Assembly: GCA_011109175.1 (NCBI GenBank)
Contig: RDEW01000003.1
Location: 248,001-312,000 of the forward strand
Origin: Dicyema japonicum
Lineage: Eukaryota; Animalia; Dicyemida
Reading direction: 5' to 3'
DNA: 64,000 nucleotides
A program made the translations under genes and the position numbers. The notes under the pieces are model-generated. The model worked only from the letters and a program-made list of their open reading frames with translations. It was not told the origin of the DNA and did no database searches. Positions 47,720 to 61,809 of this stretch are shown piece after piece; within the stretch, counting starts at the first letter, position 1, and the number at the start of each line of letters is the position of its first letter.

Positions 47720-49070
47720 TAAAAGGACCATTAAATCCTTCCTCCCGGTAATATTTTCGTCCCCAGACGATGTGTTTCGAGTTAAGTCGCACATTCCCGG
47801 AGGAAATCCTCAGCCCAGAAAGTCACTTTACTTCTCTTTTCTCCAGAACAACGTACTTTCATGGCCCTGATAATATTCCGGTCATTCGATTAAAGAATCT
47901 TGGAGACACGGGAGTTATCTTCCTACCGTCGATCTTCAAATATTCGATTAATCAAAATGAGACCGTCAATATTCGGCCAATACTGAAACCTGGAAGACCA
48001 AAAGATGACTCCCTGTGTCTATACCTGTGTCTCTACGTTGTTTGATCTCAAAGGGTCCACAAGGCATTCGACTCCGTTTATCCAGGAAAATCTTTCAATC
48101 GGAGATCAAGGGAAACTCAAACGTTCGATCACCACTTCCTAAGGGGACATGCCTCGGATGTCTGAAATCCGTCTCACATCTCCTTCCTAATTGAGTCCGA
48201 CAATTCTCTTCGCTATCCCTGCGCTATTAAACCTTATTTTGGCCGTTCTCTGACTCCGGAATACGATAATGATGTTCTCTTACCTACACATAAGATGTTG
48301 TCTTGACTTCACGAGATCCGGACATTCAGAAGGCCACAGAAAGAATGCAAATTAACCTGGACCGACTTAACGCTTGGCTAATGGAGAACCGTTTAATGAT
48401 GACTGCAGAATAGTCAATTACGACCTTTTTTACTTCGGACAATAGATTGGGAAGGAAGACAGTCACCTTGAAGTTAAACAAGGTTGATATCCCTTTCAGC
48501 AGATGTCAAGGGATCTTGGTCGTGACACTTGATATGGATCTAGGTCAATCACCACATGTAGAAAAGATTCTTACAAAGTGTGAAAAGAAGCTGAATGTTT
48601 TAAAATGTTTATCGGGAATATGGAAGATTGGTACTCAGAGGTTCTAAGGAACCTGTACAGACAGTATACCGAGCCATGTATCTCATATGCATGTGCCTCT
48701 TGGGGACCTTCCATCTCTTGGACGAATGTGAGAAAGATTGAGGAAATGCAAGAGGGCGTTCAGAGCTACGGAGCGGTGGATTTGTGGTGAATATTGATCC
48801 GCACCAATTCCCCCGGAAGTTCATATGAGACTGGACTCTGGGATGCTAGGATGCGCCACCGTTAATTCAGTTAGCCGCCCAAGGAGACGACCAGCGGTTA
48901 GTTTACGTGGAAAAGGGATCTTTCTCTTCCCATTTACTGGAGGAGTTTTCAAAATGGCGGATAGGATGTAAATGATGTTTCGAATAGATGGATTTCGTGG
49001 GAACTGGGGTCACTTAGTTAGTTGAGGACTCTCTTCCCTTTAACTTGTTGTCCTGGGCAAATCATGCTAG
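47720..49070 (+). mobile_element. APE-type LINE, RT and 3' tail, decayed
   Basis: PILKPGRPKD, DLKGSTRHST (frameshifted DLxKAFD region), LYRQYTEPCISYACASWG. Confidence 0.7.
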
Positions 49071-49139
49071 TTGAAGATCATAGAGCTCATTAGCTCGATG
49101 GAGGAAAGATGAGTATGTACATTTACTATTTATTTACCA

Positions 49140-49310
49140 CCGATCCCTTCGAGTGAAAGAAACCGGTAGCTAACAAGAAAGTCAAATCCAAGAGCGGACG
49201 CTCCCAGATCCTACTATATTTGGTTCTGTGCAGAACTCGAAGGTGGACCCGGACAGAAGAAAAGATGACCCTGGTCGTCAAGAAAAGTCTGTGCATAAAG
49301 TTTGTACGAT
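49140..49310 (-). mobile_element. LINE 3' end
   Basis: Reverse complement of about 14430-14570. Confidence 0.7.
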
Positions 49311-49419
49311 CATGTTGTTATTGCTAAAAATAATTTATATTCATGTTCTGCGTTTATTTTTATTTATTAAATTCTAAAAAATAGAGAAAATAGGAGAGTA
49401 TTTAACTGATTCCTTATGT

Positions 49420-49685
49420 TTTTGAGAATACTCGACATTCCAATCACTCACCCAAGATCGGCCTCTGCGAAAGCCGGAACTCTTAAAGAACAAACTACGC
49501 GACTGATATTTCGTTTTCATACCCATCACACCTGAAAACCTCTGGGATTCTAGGACCCAACTCGCTCACGTACTATCAGATCATTGAAAAAATAGACAAC
49601 CGAAAAGAGGGGTGGCTGATTGAGCGAATTTTTATAACAATTGTAAGAGGGAGTGTGTTTTTAATCAAAAGAGCTGCTTACTAGT
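49420..49685 (+). mobile_element. CRE-clade 3' end
   Basis: KEGWLIERIFITIVRGS matches EKGWLIERISLQIVRGN at 9600-9660. Confidence 0.75.
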
Positions 49686-49703
49686 TTATAACGATTTAAA
49701 TTA

Positions 49704-50189
49704 CAGGGTTTTCAAGACTAAGTGAGAAGTGGGTCACATCAATCCGAGAAATTTTAACATATAGGCTAGATTTGATCACATTTACTCGCCACGTGATCAC
49801 GTCGCTATATATATTTTATGTTATAATAGGTTGATTTAACGTTTCAATATAAAATTGCTGAAAGATTCTCGACTAATGGAAATCAACTGAAATTCCTTCG
49901 CCATATTCGCTAAACTCAATAGAAAACATGTTTTCGAAATGGAATAAAAGTAAAGGATCTAAAACCTACGAATGAGGAAACTCTTTTATTGACAATTGAA
50001 GAGGATCTCCAAGCAATTGGAAGTATTAACTATGAATCGTTTTTCATTAAGATAATTAATGAAATCAGTAAATTAATTTATCAATTTTTTTAAATCATGG
50101 TTTTTGTTGTTTTTTGAAAATTTCTCGGATTGATGAGATGAATTCTCACGTTGACGTGAAAATGTTCTCACTTAGACTTGAAAACCCTG
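49704..50189. mobile_element. Tc1/mariner MITE, 486 bp
   Basis: 25-bp TIRs CAGGGTTTTCAAG(A/T)CTAAGTGAGAA with 1 mismatch, TA on both sides, plus an internal inverted CATCAATCCGAGAAATTTT. Confidence 0.9.
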
Positions 50190-50469
50190 TATAAACGTGA
50201 TGTACTCGTTAGAAAACGTCCCCTATGTTGTTTGTATAGAAAGTCGATTGAATATAAAGGTGTAAAGAAAATTGAGACTAGGGAGTTGCTTCTCAATATT
50301 AAAAGAACTTTTACTGATGTGCCACAGATTCTCCAAGGGATTGTCTGGTTGTTTGAAACGACTCAAAATCCACTTGGATAATAAAACCGGTGGATATCCA
50401 AAACTGCCATAAATTCACCACCGTCATCAAAATTAAGCTCTCATAAATATATTAACTATTATTAGTAAA

Positions 50470-53400
50470 TCATTTGGTAATATCTGCTAGGTACTCTAGT
50501 GCAAGTTGTTCAGGTTTTATCTTCACTTTAATCCCTCTCCTTTCATCCAATATTTTCAGAATGCAGCCATACTTCCGGTCAAACTCCCCTTCAGGTTGAA
50601 TCTCCCTTACAGATTTAATCATTGCCCTTATAAGAGAAGCTCTTTTATTGCTTCTTTTAGTAGATTTATTTTTCCGTACTGAATCCCTACGTTGTGATTC
50701 GTTTGTGTGACTGCATTCACCAATCTCTCACACTGCAGATTTGAGGTCATCAGTTCTACTTCTTTGGACTTTTCAATGAACTTATCTTCCAAGGTCATGT
50801 ATTTTAGCTGCATTTATACTTCACCATCACCTGTGCTAACAATGACTGGTACAACTGTCTTTCCAGATCTAATCCTTTTGTCTCCACATTGGGGTACTTC
50901 AGTACTAAGTTTTTGTAACTATCTCCAAGAACACTTAGGTCTCGTCCAAAGTCCTCAAGTACGCGTAATAGTTGGGTTTTCTAGGATTTAACGACAATAC
51001 TACTAGTTGGGGCAAATTCTGTTCCTTAAAATATCCCCCTTGTCCCAGATTAAGTTCATTCACATTGTCTTCCAACTCAGAAAGTCCACAATTTAGTTCC
51101 CCTTTTCGTTGATTGATAGAATTCCACTCGGTGATTAGATCAGTCATACGGTTTCTCAATTTTTCAAGCTAAAATGGCACACATTAGTAACCTTCTCCTC
51201 GTATTGAGAAGTCAGCTTGTTTGTTTGTTCTTTCAAGGATCTGATTTTTTTGGTGTCGGAAGAGCTCAAACATTTTTCATTCAAATCCTCCAACTTGGTG
51301 ACTTCTCTAATTTTTGTCCTCAGTTGTTGTAAGAGAGCCTTGAATTCTCAAAAAATTAAACTGTAGCGTTATTTTTCAAGGTTTCTGAGTCATCAACGTC
51401 CCTTAGTTTTGCTGACTGCATAAAATCAGTTCTCTCTTGGACATGTGTGCCCAAATAGTCATACAAATCGTAATAGGCAGCAAACAGGTCGTCCCTTTTG
51501 GCAAGGTGGTCCTCCCCAGTTTTCTAATGTTTATCAATTTGTCAGTAACCTGCATTTCCATGATTTTAGCAGAAGTCGCTTTGTACATTTTGACTAGTCT
51601 ATCCAGTTTTGGCTGCAAGAGTTCCTTCATAAAGTCATCATTTTCAATGGTGGCAGAAACGGCGTCTAATCTCTCCCCAACGACTGCCATTGACTGCAAA
51701 CCAGTCTAAAACGTTTAGTTTGGACAATCTTACATAAAGGCTATGGAGTCTTGAATTCAATGATTTTGTTTCATCCAAATCAGAGTCACAACATTCAATT
51801 TGCTCCTTCAACTCATCTAACTCCCGTTCTGACTTTTTAGTAGCACTCATTCTGGCTTTGTTTAATTGAAGTAATGCCTATAATGATAATACCAAGGATC
51901 ACTCTAGTTCGTGACAAAAGGAGACTGTATTGCTCGGGAGTCTGCGAACTCACCAAGAATGGGAGGGGTAATGACTTCAGTTTCGAAATAATAGAGACCA
52001 AGCCGTTTACATTGTGCTCATTGGCTTCTACAAAGTCCAATAAGTCCTGATTTATTTATCCATGATTACTTTGATTTCAGAAATTTGGGAAGTTCTTTCA
52101 GTTTCGAATTTTTGCAATTTTTGTTCCCCGGCATTCATAAAGTTGACCAAATCAGCTTCCATTCTATTGAACAATCCCAGTCTACAATAATAGACCACAT
52201 AACCTATTAATGACGTCATCTATATTTGATGACCTATCCATCAATTCGCTCACCAGTTGGGCCACGTGGTTGCTGGGAAATGGAGAGTTTGCATAATGAG
52301 AATATTTAAGCAAACTCTCACAGTCTCCACAAAACTGATTGTACTCCTTCACCTGGTCTTGCACTGTTTTTATTAGCTGGTCGACAAGCTGGAGTAAAAT
52401 ACGTGTCCCCAACCTCTTTGTAATTTAACAATTCATCAATGGATTCACGTGGGACAGATCTGAGCATGGCTTCTCCCAGTTGTGCAACGGTCTCGTCTAG
52501 TTTGATTCTTGCCCTTTCTATACGGTCTATTTCTTCCTTCACTCCCGCCAAGTGAATATGAACAGTCTATTTATCACAAAGGGGTCACTTTGATGTCTTC
52601 ATCGATCTGTTTCGTCCGTCTTTCCAGATCAGGGTCATTTATTTCCTTTAACCTCAATTTGATAATTTCATTTTGTTCTTGGCATTTCTTGCAATAATAC
52701 CATTTAAACCTCTATTTTGGTGTACATATCTTTCGTTGGAGCGATGGGTTCTTTCATCAGCGAAACTACTTCCACTTCAAGAGTCTCTAGGGCAGACACT
52801 ACTTCTTTGTATTCAGAGATGGTTTTCAGTCTAGAATTCTTTTTCTCTTTTAGACTTTCCCACTTATCTTTGATCAATGCCAGTAGCTTATTGTACTGAA
52901 TCTCTGCAGCAGAGATGTCAGTTCCATATTCTTTACAATAATTTTTAATTTTCATGAATTTGTCCTGTTCTGCCTTGGTTGCCTTAAATAATTCCTATAA
53001 ATTTATTAAAACATAACTTTTATTGTCCCTAAATTCTGGTCGATAGCATCCAGGTCGGCAGAGTCGCAACATATAGAATCGACCTTTTCACGCTGGCAAA
53101 CCATCCACTCCAAAAAACGGGCATATTCGGCCATATTTTTAACTCTCTCGTTGTACTGCTCTTGCTTTTTCTCTTCCAACGTCTGAAATATAACAAAATT
53201 AAACTCTAATTTTCTGAGATTTCAGTTTTAATTGGTTTCTCATATTACTCAATTCAGCCGTCTTACCTCCCAAACATCTAACGAATCGTTCTCCGTATAA
53301 CTCTTCTAGGACAGCCTCCACCTTTTCATACTCTTCTTTAAGATTGTCCTACACTAACCCTTATTCCTTACAATCTGACTTCCACTGTTTTCATCTATTA

Positions 53401-56400
53401 GTTCACATTTGTTAATCCATCCCATTAGAAACTTTTTTTTGTCTGAATAATCTTCACTAACGGAAAGCAACGCGGCTAAAATATCGTAAAAAAAATTCAC
53501 CAAATTTGTCGCTATTTTCGTTATTCTCATTTTCCAACAAATTGAGCAATCTCCCTTGCTCATTAAGCTGTTTTCTGAGTTGAGTTAACTTGAATGGAGA
53601 ACGTTCCTCTAATCTATCCAATTCTTTTTCCATCTTTTCGAGCTGAAGTCTTTCTCTCACCACGTGTTCAGTTATAGACTAATTAGATGAGTAATCACAA
53701 CCCCCATAACTTTTCTAATGTCCTCAATATTTTGGATTTCGCAGGGAAGTGAATTGTATTGGTTCATAAGACTGCGAATTTTCTCAATGCCTCCTGCCCT
53801 CTCGTTAAGACAGCGTTCGAAATCCTCTCCCCTCGCCAAAGTAGCCGTGGCGTGTTTAAGTAATTCTCAAATACATTCAACCAATACGTTTAAGTTATCA
53901 GAATATAAAGCATTCATTTTCTCAAGATTTTCGTGTTTATCCTTAATGAGCTTATTGTTGGGGAAGAATTTGCCAATCTGTACCCCAAGCATGGAGACCT
54001 CTGCCTTCCGCTCATTTAGTCGGTTAAGTAGCGACTGAAGTGATATCATGCATTTACCTGGACTTCTAGAACGTGAGTCTTTCCATCAGAGAACTCATGA
54101 GACTCACTTTTAAGGTTATCGACGTTTTCCCCAAAGTCTAAGAAGGAGTTGTTTAGTTCTATCAGTTTGTCTTTAACTTCATAGCCCTTATCGACTACTT
54201 CATTCAATTTTTCCTTCCCCTTTTTGACTTTCTCGGTAATTTCTCTCCATTCTGATGTAATTTTCTTATGGTTCTCATGACAGGAAGCTAACTCATTCTT
54301 ATCCTCCACTGTTCTCTCTACAATAGCCAACTTGTCTCCCAAATCAGCCATAAATATCTTCCCCTTGTTTATAAGTATTTCACAGTCCTCAAATACCTCC
54401 ACTAAAATACTTTTGTTTTCTCTGCGGCCGTTTTAACGTCGAATTCAGACAAACAAGCTCTCTCCTGCTCGGATTGAGAGACTTGTAACTGTTCGATAAT
54501 ATTTGAAAGTTTTTTTGCTGTATGACTAAACCCATCACATGCATTCATCGCGGAGATTTCCCTCTCTGTTTGTTCCTAATAATTCCTTAAATATATGACT
54601 TTGATATTTTCTTTAAATTTATTGAGTTTTTCATAGAAATTGTCGATGAACTCTGCAAGACTCCTCCAACCAAATTTGAACTTCTTGAACTTCTCGTAGT
54701 ATGCACCATGCTCCCCCACAGAGTTCGTACAGTAAAGACTGACCTTGTTATCAAATTTCTGCCATTATTGTCGCTATTACCTTTAATTGGTTAATCTTTT
54801 CGGTCGTTTTACAGTGAGGCAAATAGTCAAGCATCTGTCTGTACTCCTGATTTGTCTTATCCAGCCATTTGTCGTTCTTCATAAAAGTGTCCCTCAATTT
54901 TACAGTCTTAGATATTTCTGAATTGACAATATCGAGTTTCTGCCAAATATTAAAATCAATCAAACTGCTCGCTCGCTTTGGGATTTTTTCTTCATTTCCT
55001 GTAAATATCCTACGAAGGGAGAAGAATTTAGTTTATGCCTAACCAAAAAAGTCCCTAATTGGATGTTAATTTCGTCCAACTGTTCCACATGCCGTTCACA
55101 TTTATCAAGATCTGTAATTTCTCTAAGAAATCATAAATAGTCTGCGAACCGATAAAAATTCCTCCAAAGCCTCGAAATTGCCGGAATTTGACAGTTCATT
55201 TACTTCAAACTCAGCGAAAAATGGGAAATTTTCTCAATTATCCCCTTCACTTGTTCGCTTCCTCCCAGAGTTTAACAGTCTGCATTAAATCAGTTTCCAT
55301 TTTGTTTTTTTCGTTGCTTATGTGGGAGAATTGGCTCTTTAGTACCCCCAAAGTTGATTCCACCTGAATAGGAACAATTTGTCCATCTTCTTGATCCTCA
55401 CCAAATCATTCAGCTTATCAACTTCAGCCAATTCTGAACTAACATCTAACTCCTCTTATAATTTTGTATGCCCTACCTTCAACGAATTAATCGATTCCTT
55501 CAGTACCTCCAAGTTTGAACATTTTGGGACACAAAGGGATATCTTTTCGGCAAAATTTCCCGCGTTAAATTGCAAATTCTTCATTCTGTTGGTAAAATTT
55601 TTCTGAATGTCTGTTATTTCGGAAAGTTCAGTCATTCTTTGATCTATTTTGTCTCTAAAGTCCTGAATAAGCGAAAAATCTTTTGTAACTTCTTCCTAGT
55701 AAATGAGAATCCAGAATTACAACTTTCATGCTCAGTTTAATTCTCTTTTCTGACAAAATCGATAAGGTACTTTTGGTCTTATTAATCTCAGCACTTTTTT
55801 CATCCCATTTTTTTACAGACTGTTCAAATTCGTCCAAATATCCACCAATAAGACCTAATTGAGTTTTGCTAGAAGTGAAGATTTGTGTTTTCCATGGTAA
55901 ACTTTTTTCCTACAATATTAGTCACATTTAATACCAAAAAATGTTTTTTAAATGATAAATATTCCTGCCACACCGACAACAAATTCTGTAAATTCCCGCT
56001 TAAATTTAAATTTTCAAAAAGTTCAAAAGAAATTTGGTCAAATCTTTTCTTTAAGTCTGGAGATTTTGTGAATTTAAGCTTTTCTTCTAGCAATGACAAG
56101 TATCTCTGTTTTTCACTCATTTCCAGAGTAAGAAGCTATAGAATGAATTATGTCAATTCACCTTCAACTGGCAGAGAGGAGTCATTAAATCCGTAACCTT
56201 ACAAGTGGAAAAATTGGTCAACTTCTGCTCAACAACTTTGAGCCAATTAGAAGTTTCCTTCAACTCAGCCTCCAAACTTTTCTCGTTATCTTTAATTGTT
56301 TCGAATTCAGAGATTTGATCCCGGACCTTTTTCAGTCCAGACTGAGTCATCTCCAACAAATCTGCACACTTTTTGTCCCAAATGGTATTCTCCTCCCATA

Positions 56401-59400
56401 AAACTGGAGTCATCTCATCCAACTGATCTTTCATATTTCGAATAGCAAAAATATTCTGTTTTAGTTGTTTTTCGGATTCCTAATATCCTCAGATTTCAAA
56501 TACCTTTAGTGTGTCCCCACCCATGCCTCTTTCGGTAGCAGAAATTGCATTTTCTGTAATATCCTTGAATTTATCAAAATCGGCAGAAAATTGGTCCCAT
56601 TTTCTATCGACCTCTTCGAATGATCGAACTGAATTCTCTAGCATATTCTTTCGTTGTCTCAAAATGTTCCTGGGCTCCACGACTGAAAGTTTATCATTAC
56701 ACAGATCTGGTGACTCCCGTAATGACCCTTCGTACATCTCCAACTCCCTTTCATCCTCGATAATATCCAATAATCGACCCTAATTTATCATACGGCAAGA
56801 AACTTTCATCAACTCAACATTTGTCCTCAGTTCCTTGCGACTCGACATGTTTGATGGCAATTCGGAAGACTCGGATTTAATCTTTTTAGCAAATTTGTTA
56901 GATTCGGCCATTTTAGTCTTCACAAACTCCAATTTGTCAAGTCTATTGATGATCCCCGTTAAATATACTTTCCTTCCACTTCAGTTTTAAGATCGGCGGC
57001 ACATGCTGTCAATGTGCTCAACTTGTCACTGAGTTCATCGTAGTCAGAGGGCTTGATTCTGTCCTTTATCGACGATAATAGACCTTCAGACTTATCCGTT
57101 TGATTTTTCAGTTTGTCAATGTCAATTATTAGTTCCTTCTATAAAATCGGTAGGTACTTTCAAGTCCTCAATATTGTCCTTGAGGGACTTATCGGATCGG
57201 GGCCTTCCTGACTTTAACTTTAGTTTTCGGATGCTTGAATCGAAATTATCCGCAAATTCAAAAATATTTGCCAATTTCTGTTCAGTTTCTTTATTTCTGT
57301 CCACCAAATCATCGACCCTTTTCTCCATATTGGATGTTTTCAGTTGGAGGCGGGAATATTCGTTTTCTAACCTTTCCGTTTCATCTTTGCTGCAGTTTGC
57401 AACCACGTGGTTCAGATTTGTTGTCATCTGCTCCATTTTGGGGATGATTTTATCCACCAAGTTGTATTTTCCAAGTCTTGTAGCGTTGCTCACTTTTTGC
57501 AAATCGGCAATCCCAGTTTCAGAGGATCCAAAACAACAGACGATCCATATCTTCCAGTTCAGAGTTAAGATCCTTGATAGTCCTTTCAACACAGTCCCAA
57601 TCTTTTTGGAGAGTCTTTGATTACATACCGGTCTTACCAGATACTTGCTTTCTTCCTCTCCCATAAGTAACTTAGTCTGATTAACTTGAATGGATAAATT
57701 TTGCAGAGGTTTTTGTAGGAACGACATGTGAGGACCGATATTTTGCATTTGGTGAGATCTTTTAATGTCAGCATTGGATTTCCTTATAAGTTCCCCCAAG
57801 TTTTTATGTCTCTTCTGCATCTCACCGACGAAAATGTCCAGTGAACCCTTATTAGGGAATCTTTGATTGGCTCCTGGACCTGCTCTTGGGAGAATTTCAA
57901 GTTTTCTGTCTGTTTTAGTATGTCGTCTCTTAGTCTCAACCCAGCAAGGACATCATCAATCGTGTTGTCCTTGAATTTGGCACTAATGTTGTCCAATTTG
58001 ATTTTTAGTTGATTCAGCTTCTCTAATGGGACATCTTCGTGAGTACAGACTCCTTCTCTTAGAGCCATAACTGAGTCGTTATACTGGTTGTTGAATTTTT
58101 TGCAAATTATTGGAAAATCTCTCACGTGTCCCTATGGTAACTAATAGGGGTCAACCTTATATGCATTGACAGCATCTTCATATTCTGAAACTGTCGCTTC
58201 GTGGTTTTTTAAACGAGCTGAGACTTCATCAGCCTGATCAGTCCAAATCTGTACCTCGTGGATGCTATCATTATAAACTTGAAAAATACATGTTTTCAGC
58301 ATTTTCTATCTTTTGAACAGTTCGGGACAGATTCTGGACTGATTTTTCGATTTTTGCCTTCAATCTTTCCCACGTGTTTTTAGCATGGGTAATTTTTTGT
58401 CTCAAAACATCCACAGATTCATCGGTTTCTTCGAGTGCGATTATCTGGTCTAAGGATTCTGTCATTCTGACATCACTGTACTCTTCTCTGAGCCAGTTCT
58501 AACTTTATAGTGGACTAATACATTCAGTCTTTTCAGTTTATTTTCCGGGGAGCCCTTAGAATTGACTATTTTGTCAAGGGAACTGTTGTAATCGGTTATT
58601 TGGTCGTAAAAATTGCGCAATGAATCAGAAATTTCAGACGCATGCGAGTGATTGGGGGAGAAAAACTGAGATACATAAGCCATAATAGATTTTTCATCAG
58701 GGCGTTCAACGTTCACCTCTACAATGCTTATATCCCCCAACCGTCTGGTTCTAGCAAACGAGGAATATGCAGTTGTCTCTCCGCGTTGTCGAAGCAATAA
58801 TCAAGCAGTTCAAGACTCGGTTTTTTAAGGAGTTCTGTCTCATTTTGTTGTTTGTCCCTCGGAATGAAGGAGTGGACGAGGTGCATGAAATTGTTCCCGT
58901 CTCTCCAGGAAGGACCAAAGTCAGTGATATTAATCTGCAGACCTCTAAGAGATGGGGACAAGAATGTTACTCTTTCAATTTCAGCTTCAACTCGTAGGCA
59001 GCTGAGTGGGCTGGGTTTCTCCTGACAATCTACTTTGAAAACAGAAATTAACTTGATATCTCAGAATGATGGACCACAACAATCCGAGAATAATCGAATG
59101 TCTCCCTCCGATAAGATCAGAAGGGTTAATGTTGACCAATTTTACCTTTAAGTCTCAATACACCACAAACATCATTATCTCTTAAAAATTTCAAATATGT
59201 TTGATGGTTTAAAGTGTAATGGACTCGAGACATGTTCCTATGGTTTTCAATATGCTTGATTTATTTAGGATTTTTACTAGTTTAGTATTCGCCAGAACTT
59301 CCAAAAGTTTAATGATAACAATTCCGTCGGCCAAATCCGTAAAAATGTCATCCACAACTATTTTAGGGGTGATCTGAGCGTAATTATACAGATTTACGTG

Positions 59401-59615
59401 CTGTATTTTGCTGTTCAACCAACGAGTGAATACCTTCTTTTGGAGTCTTTCTTGTTCGGCTACATTATGAAATAGGTATTACAAGTCAGATTCTGCATTG
59501 AGAGCACGAATGACTGGCCTTCCCAGGTCCCTGGCGAAATGTCTACTGAGGCAGATCTTTTAATGCCAATTTTGTCAATATTGTCATCCTGAGAATATGT
59601 GTGTTGTTTTCTCAT
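50470..59615 (-). CDS. SYNE-like: giant nesprin-like protein: two calponin-homology domains and a long spectrin-repeat/coiled-coil rod; many micro-introns
   Basis: ATG 59615; spliced EQERLQKKVFTRWLNS, VVDDIFTDLADG, KLVNINPSDLIGGRHSIILGLLWSIILRYQ, ITDFGPSWRDG, IPRLLEPD, PDEKSIMAYVSQF; checked introns 23, 24, 23, 25, 23, 22, 23 nt; about 8 kb of helical K/E/L-rich exons follow. The 3' end is uncertain. Confidence 0.85.
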
Positions 59616-59789
59616 AATTTTGACAATTTTTGGAGCTAGGATACGGATTCGTATATATTTTTTAAATTTATTAATTATAAGATTATTATAAATTAATTTT
59701 TTATTTATTTTAATTAATATATTTAAAAAATTAGAAATTTAAGTTTAGGCGCCAAAATAGATTGAGAGTTACTTTTCATCATCTACTAT

Positions 59790-59940
59790 ATTAAGTAGTT
59801 TAAATTGTTAACCCCTAGGGACTGTTAAAAAGTGTACTACCAAGATATGCCGGGCAAAATCTTAAAATTAAGTAGTGTTATGTCAATTACATTTTTAACC
59901 CCTAGGGACTTTTTAAAAGTGCACAACCAAGACATGCCGT
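59790..59940. repeat. imperfect tandem duplication, period about 87 bp
   Basis: TTAACCCCTAGGGACT..AAAAGTG.AC.ACCAAGA.ATGCCG at 59808 and 59895. Confidence 0.8.
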
Positions 59941-60249
59941 TCCCAGAGATCCTCCACTTTTACGTCAAGATTTTGTGGCCCATGCAAGAAAAAGATTTAG
60001 AATTTCTCTTCTACCTAAATATAGACTTCACACACCGTAGACGTAGAAAGAACAGTAGGGAGTATACCACAAACGAACTCATAAGTATTTATTCCTACGG
60101 CAAGCGTGGAAGTGTTTTAACTAACTATTTAGGCATTGTGCTGAAAAGTGGATAAGGGATCGGTTAAGGAGGTTTTTCTTGCTTCTCTTACGTCTTGTCG
60201 CAGACCTGGTCGACCAATCATTCCCAATCTTCTCAGTTGTAGTAATAAG

Positions 60250-60790
60250 GAATATAATCACTAGGACTTTTTATGGCAGTTAAAGTTCACATATATCACT
60301 AATAATAGCATTATAGTTTTTCACATTAGTGTCTTTGAAATTTCTGTTTTTTTTCACATTAAAACTTCCAACTTTTTACTGCCCTCTCAACACAACATGT
60401 TACAAGACATTCGCTTAAATCAGAATAGTAACTTCTGTTATATCTTGAATTTTCATTTCAATTACGCTTATAAGTTCATTTACCAAAATATTTATTTACT
60501 TTCGCTAGATCTTTCGCAACTGCAATTTACTAAATTTTTCTTTTTTGAGGCTAAAATTGCCGCGCTCATCCGGGATCCGACGGTAGATCAATTCTAAAGA
60601 ACTTAATAATGCAGTCAAGAATTTTATTAAGTGGAATGTCTGCTTGCAGAGATATAGCTTAAAGGATTTATAAAGTTCTCTAGTTGGCACTAATTTGGAT
60701 TGAATATAAGATTTTGAATCTAAAATTTTAAAATTTAAACAATACTCAATCTTCATTGGTGTGTATAGACTATTTTGTTGCATATCCTCG
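60250..60790 (-). mobile_element. hAT-like remnant (third copy)
   Basis: SADIPLNKI..FFRIDLPS and CCVERAVK remnants among stops. Confidence 0.45.
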
Positions 60791-60799
60791 TCACCTCAA

Positions 60800-61740
60800 A
60801 ACAGTCATTTGCTTGATCGATTTACAAAAGGCCTTCGACTCTGTCTCAAGGAAAGTTTGCCCTCCCCGTCAACCCCAATATAAAACTTTGGCTTGCTAAC
60901 TTCATTAATGGAAGAAGGGCCCGGGTATACATGGATGGGACCAAATCAGTTTAAAGATTACTACCCAATGGTATCCCACAAGGTTCCCCTCTACCAGTCA
61001 GATTTACCACAACCCGATATTAAAGACGATTTCCTCCTATCATATACTGATGACTTATTAATCGGATCCCGCGATCAAGATATCTCAAAGGCATCAGAAA
61101 GACTACAAGAATACCTTCACAAGATTCAAATTTGGCTAAATTATAACCGGCTTGATTTATCTACTGAAAAATCTTCGTCCTTATTTACCTCAGACAAACG
61201 ACTTGGACAAATGACAGTAATTTATCAAACAGACAAAAATACCTTTCAAAAAAACTGAAAATCTTGGGATCACCTTCAACACACATGTCCTTTTCATCTC
61301 ACGTCGACGATATCTCTGGAATCTGCTCAAGAAAGCTAGGGATAATCAAAACTATTTTCGGTGGCATTAAAACCCCTTTCCCAGCTTTGAAATTTTTGTA
61401 CAAACAAAAGCCATCTATCAGCTATGCCTGTACGTCATGGGGAATCAATCTGTCCTGGACGAACAAACAAAGAATCCGGGACATTCGGCCTTAACAGCCA
61501 CTACTATTAGTAATCTCGGGAAACTATAAAAACTAATACCCCCATCACTTGAAGATCTTATCCAACAAAATGGAAAGGGATTTGCTACCCTGTGCAGGTA
61601 GTGCAATCTTATAGAAGGGTATACATCACCCCTCTCCAATTCCTATTCCCGAAACCACCTCGCTCACAAAGAAGTTGTGTTGGATCTCAGAAGGCGCACA
61701 AGGAGAAAATGAGAAATCTGATTGAGGCCTTCGAGATTAC
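60800..61740 (+). mobile_element. APE-type LINE RT fragment
   Basis: DLQKAFDSV, LSYTDDLLI, PSISYACTSWG. Confidence 0.75.
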
Positions 61741-61809
61741 TTAATTAATTTATTAATTAAATTAACTATCGGTGTTCTTGAGTTAAAAATAATAATAAAT
61801 AGCCCTAGT

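Noticed and set aside
50209-50345. Divergent KASH peptide (NFLYTF / FYTNN)
   Set aside because: The two KASH-like pieces are in different frames, there is no PPPX end, and joining them needs implausible introns.
50310-50350. Tc1 transposase motif NPLENLW
   Set aside because: Seven residues with no supporting DDE context.
60735-60760. Micro-intron in ORF 60505-60783
   Set aside because: The 26-nt GT-AG candidate gives an early stop when spliced, and another frame carries hAT remnants.
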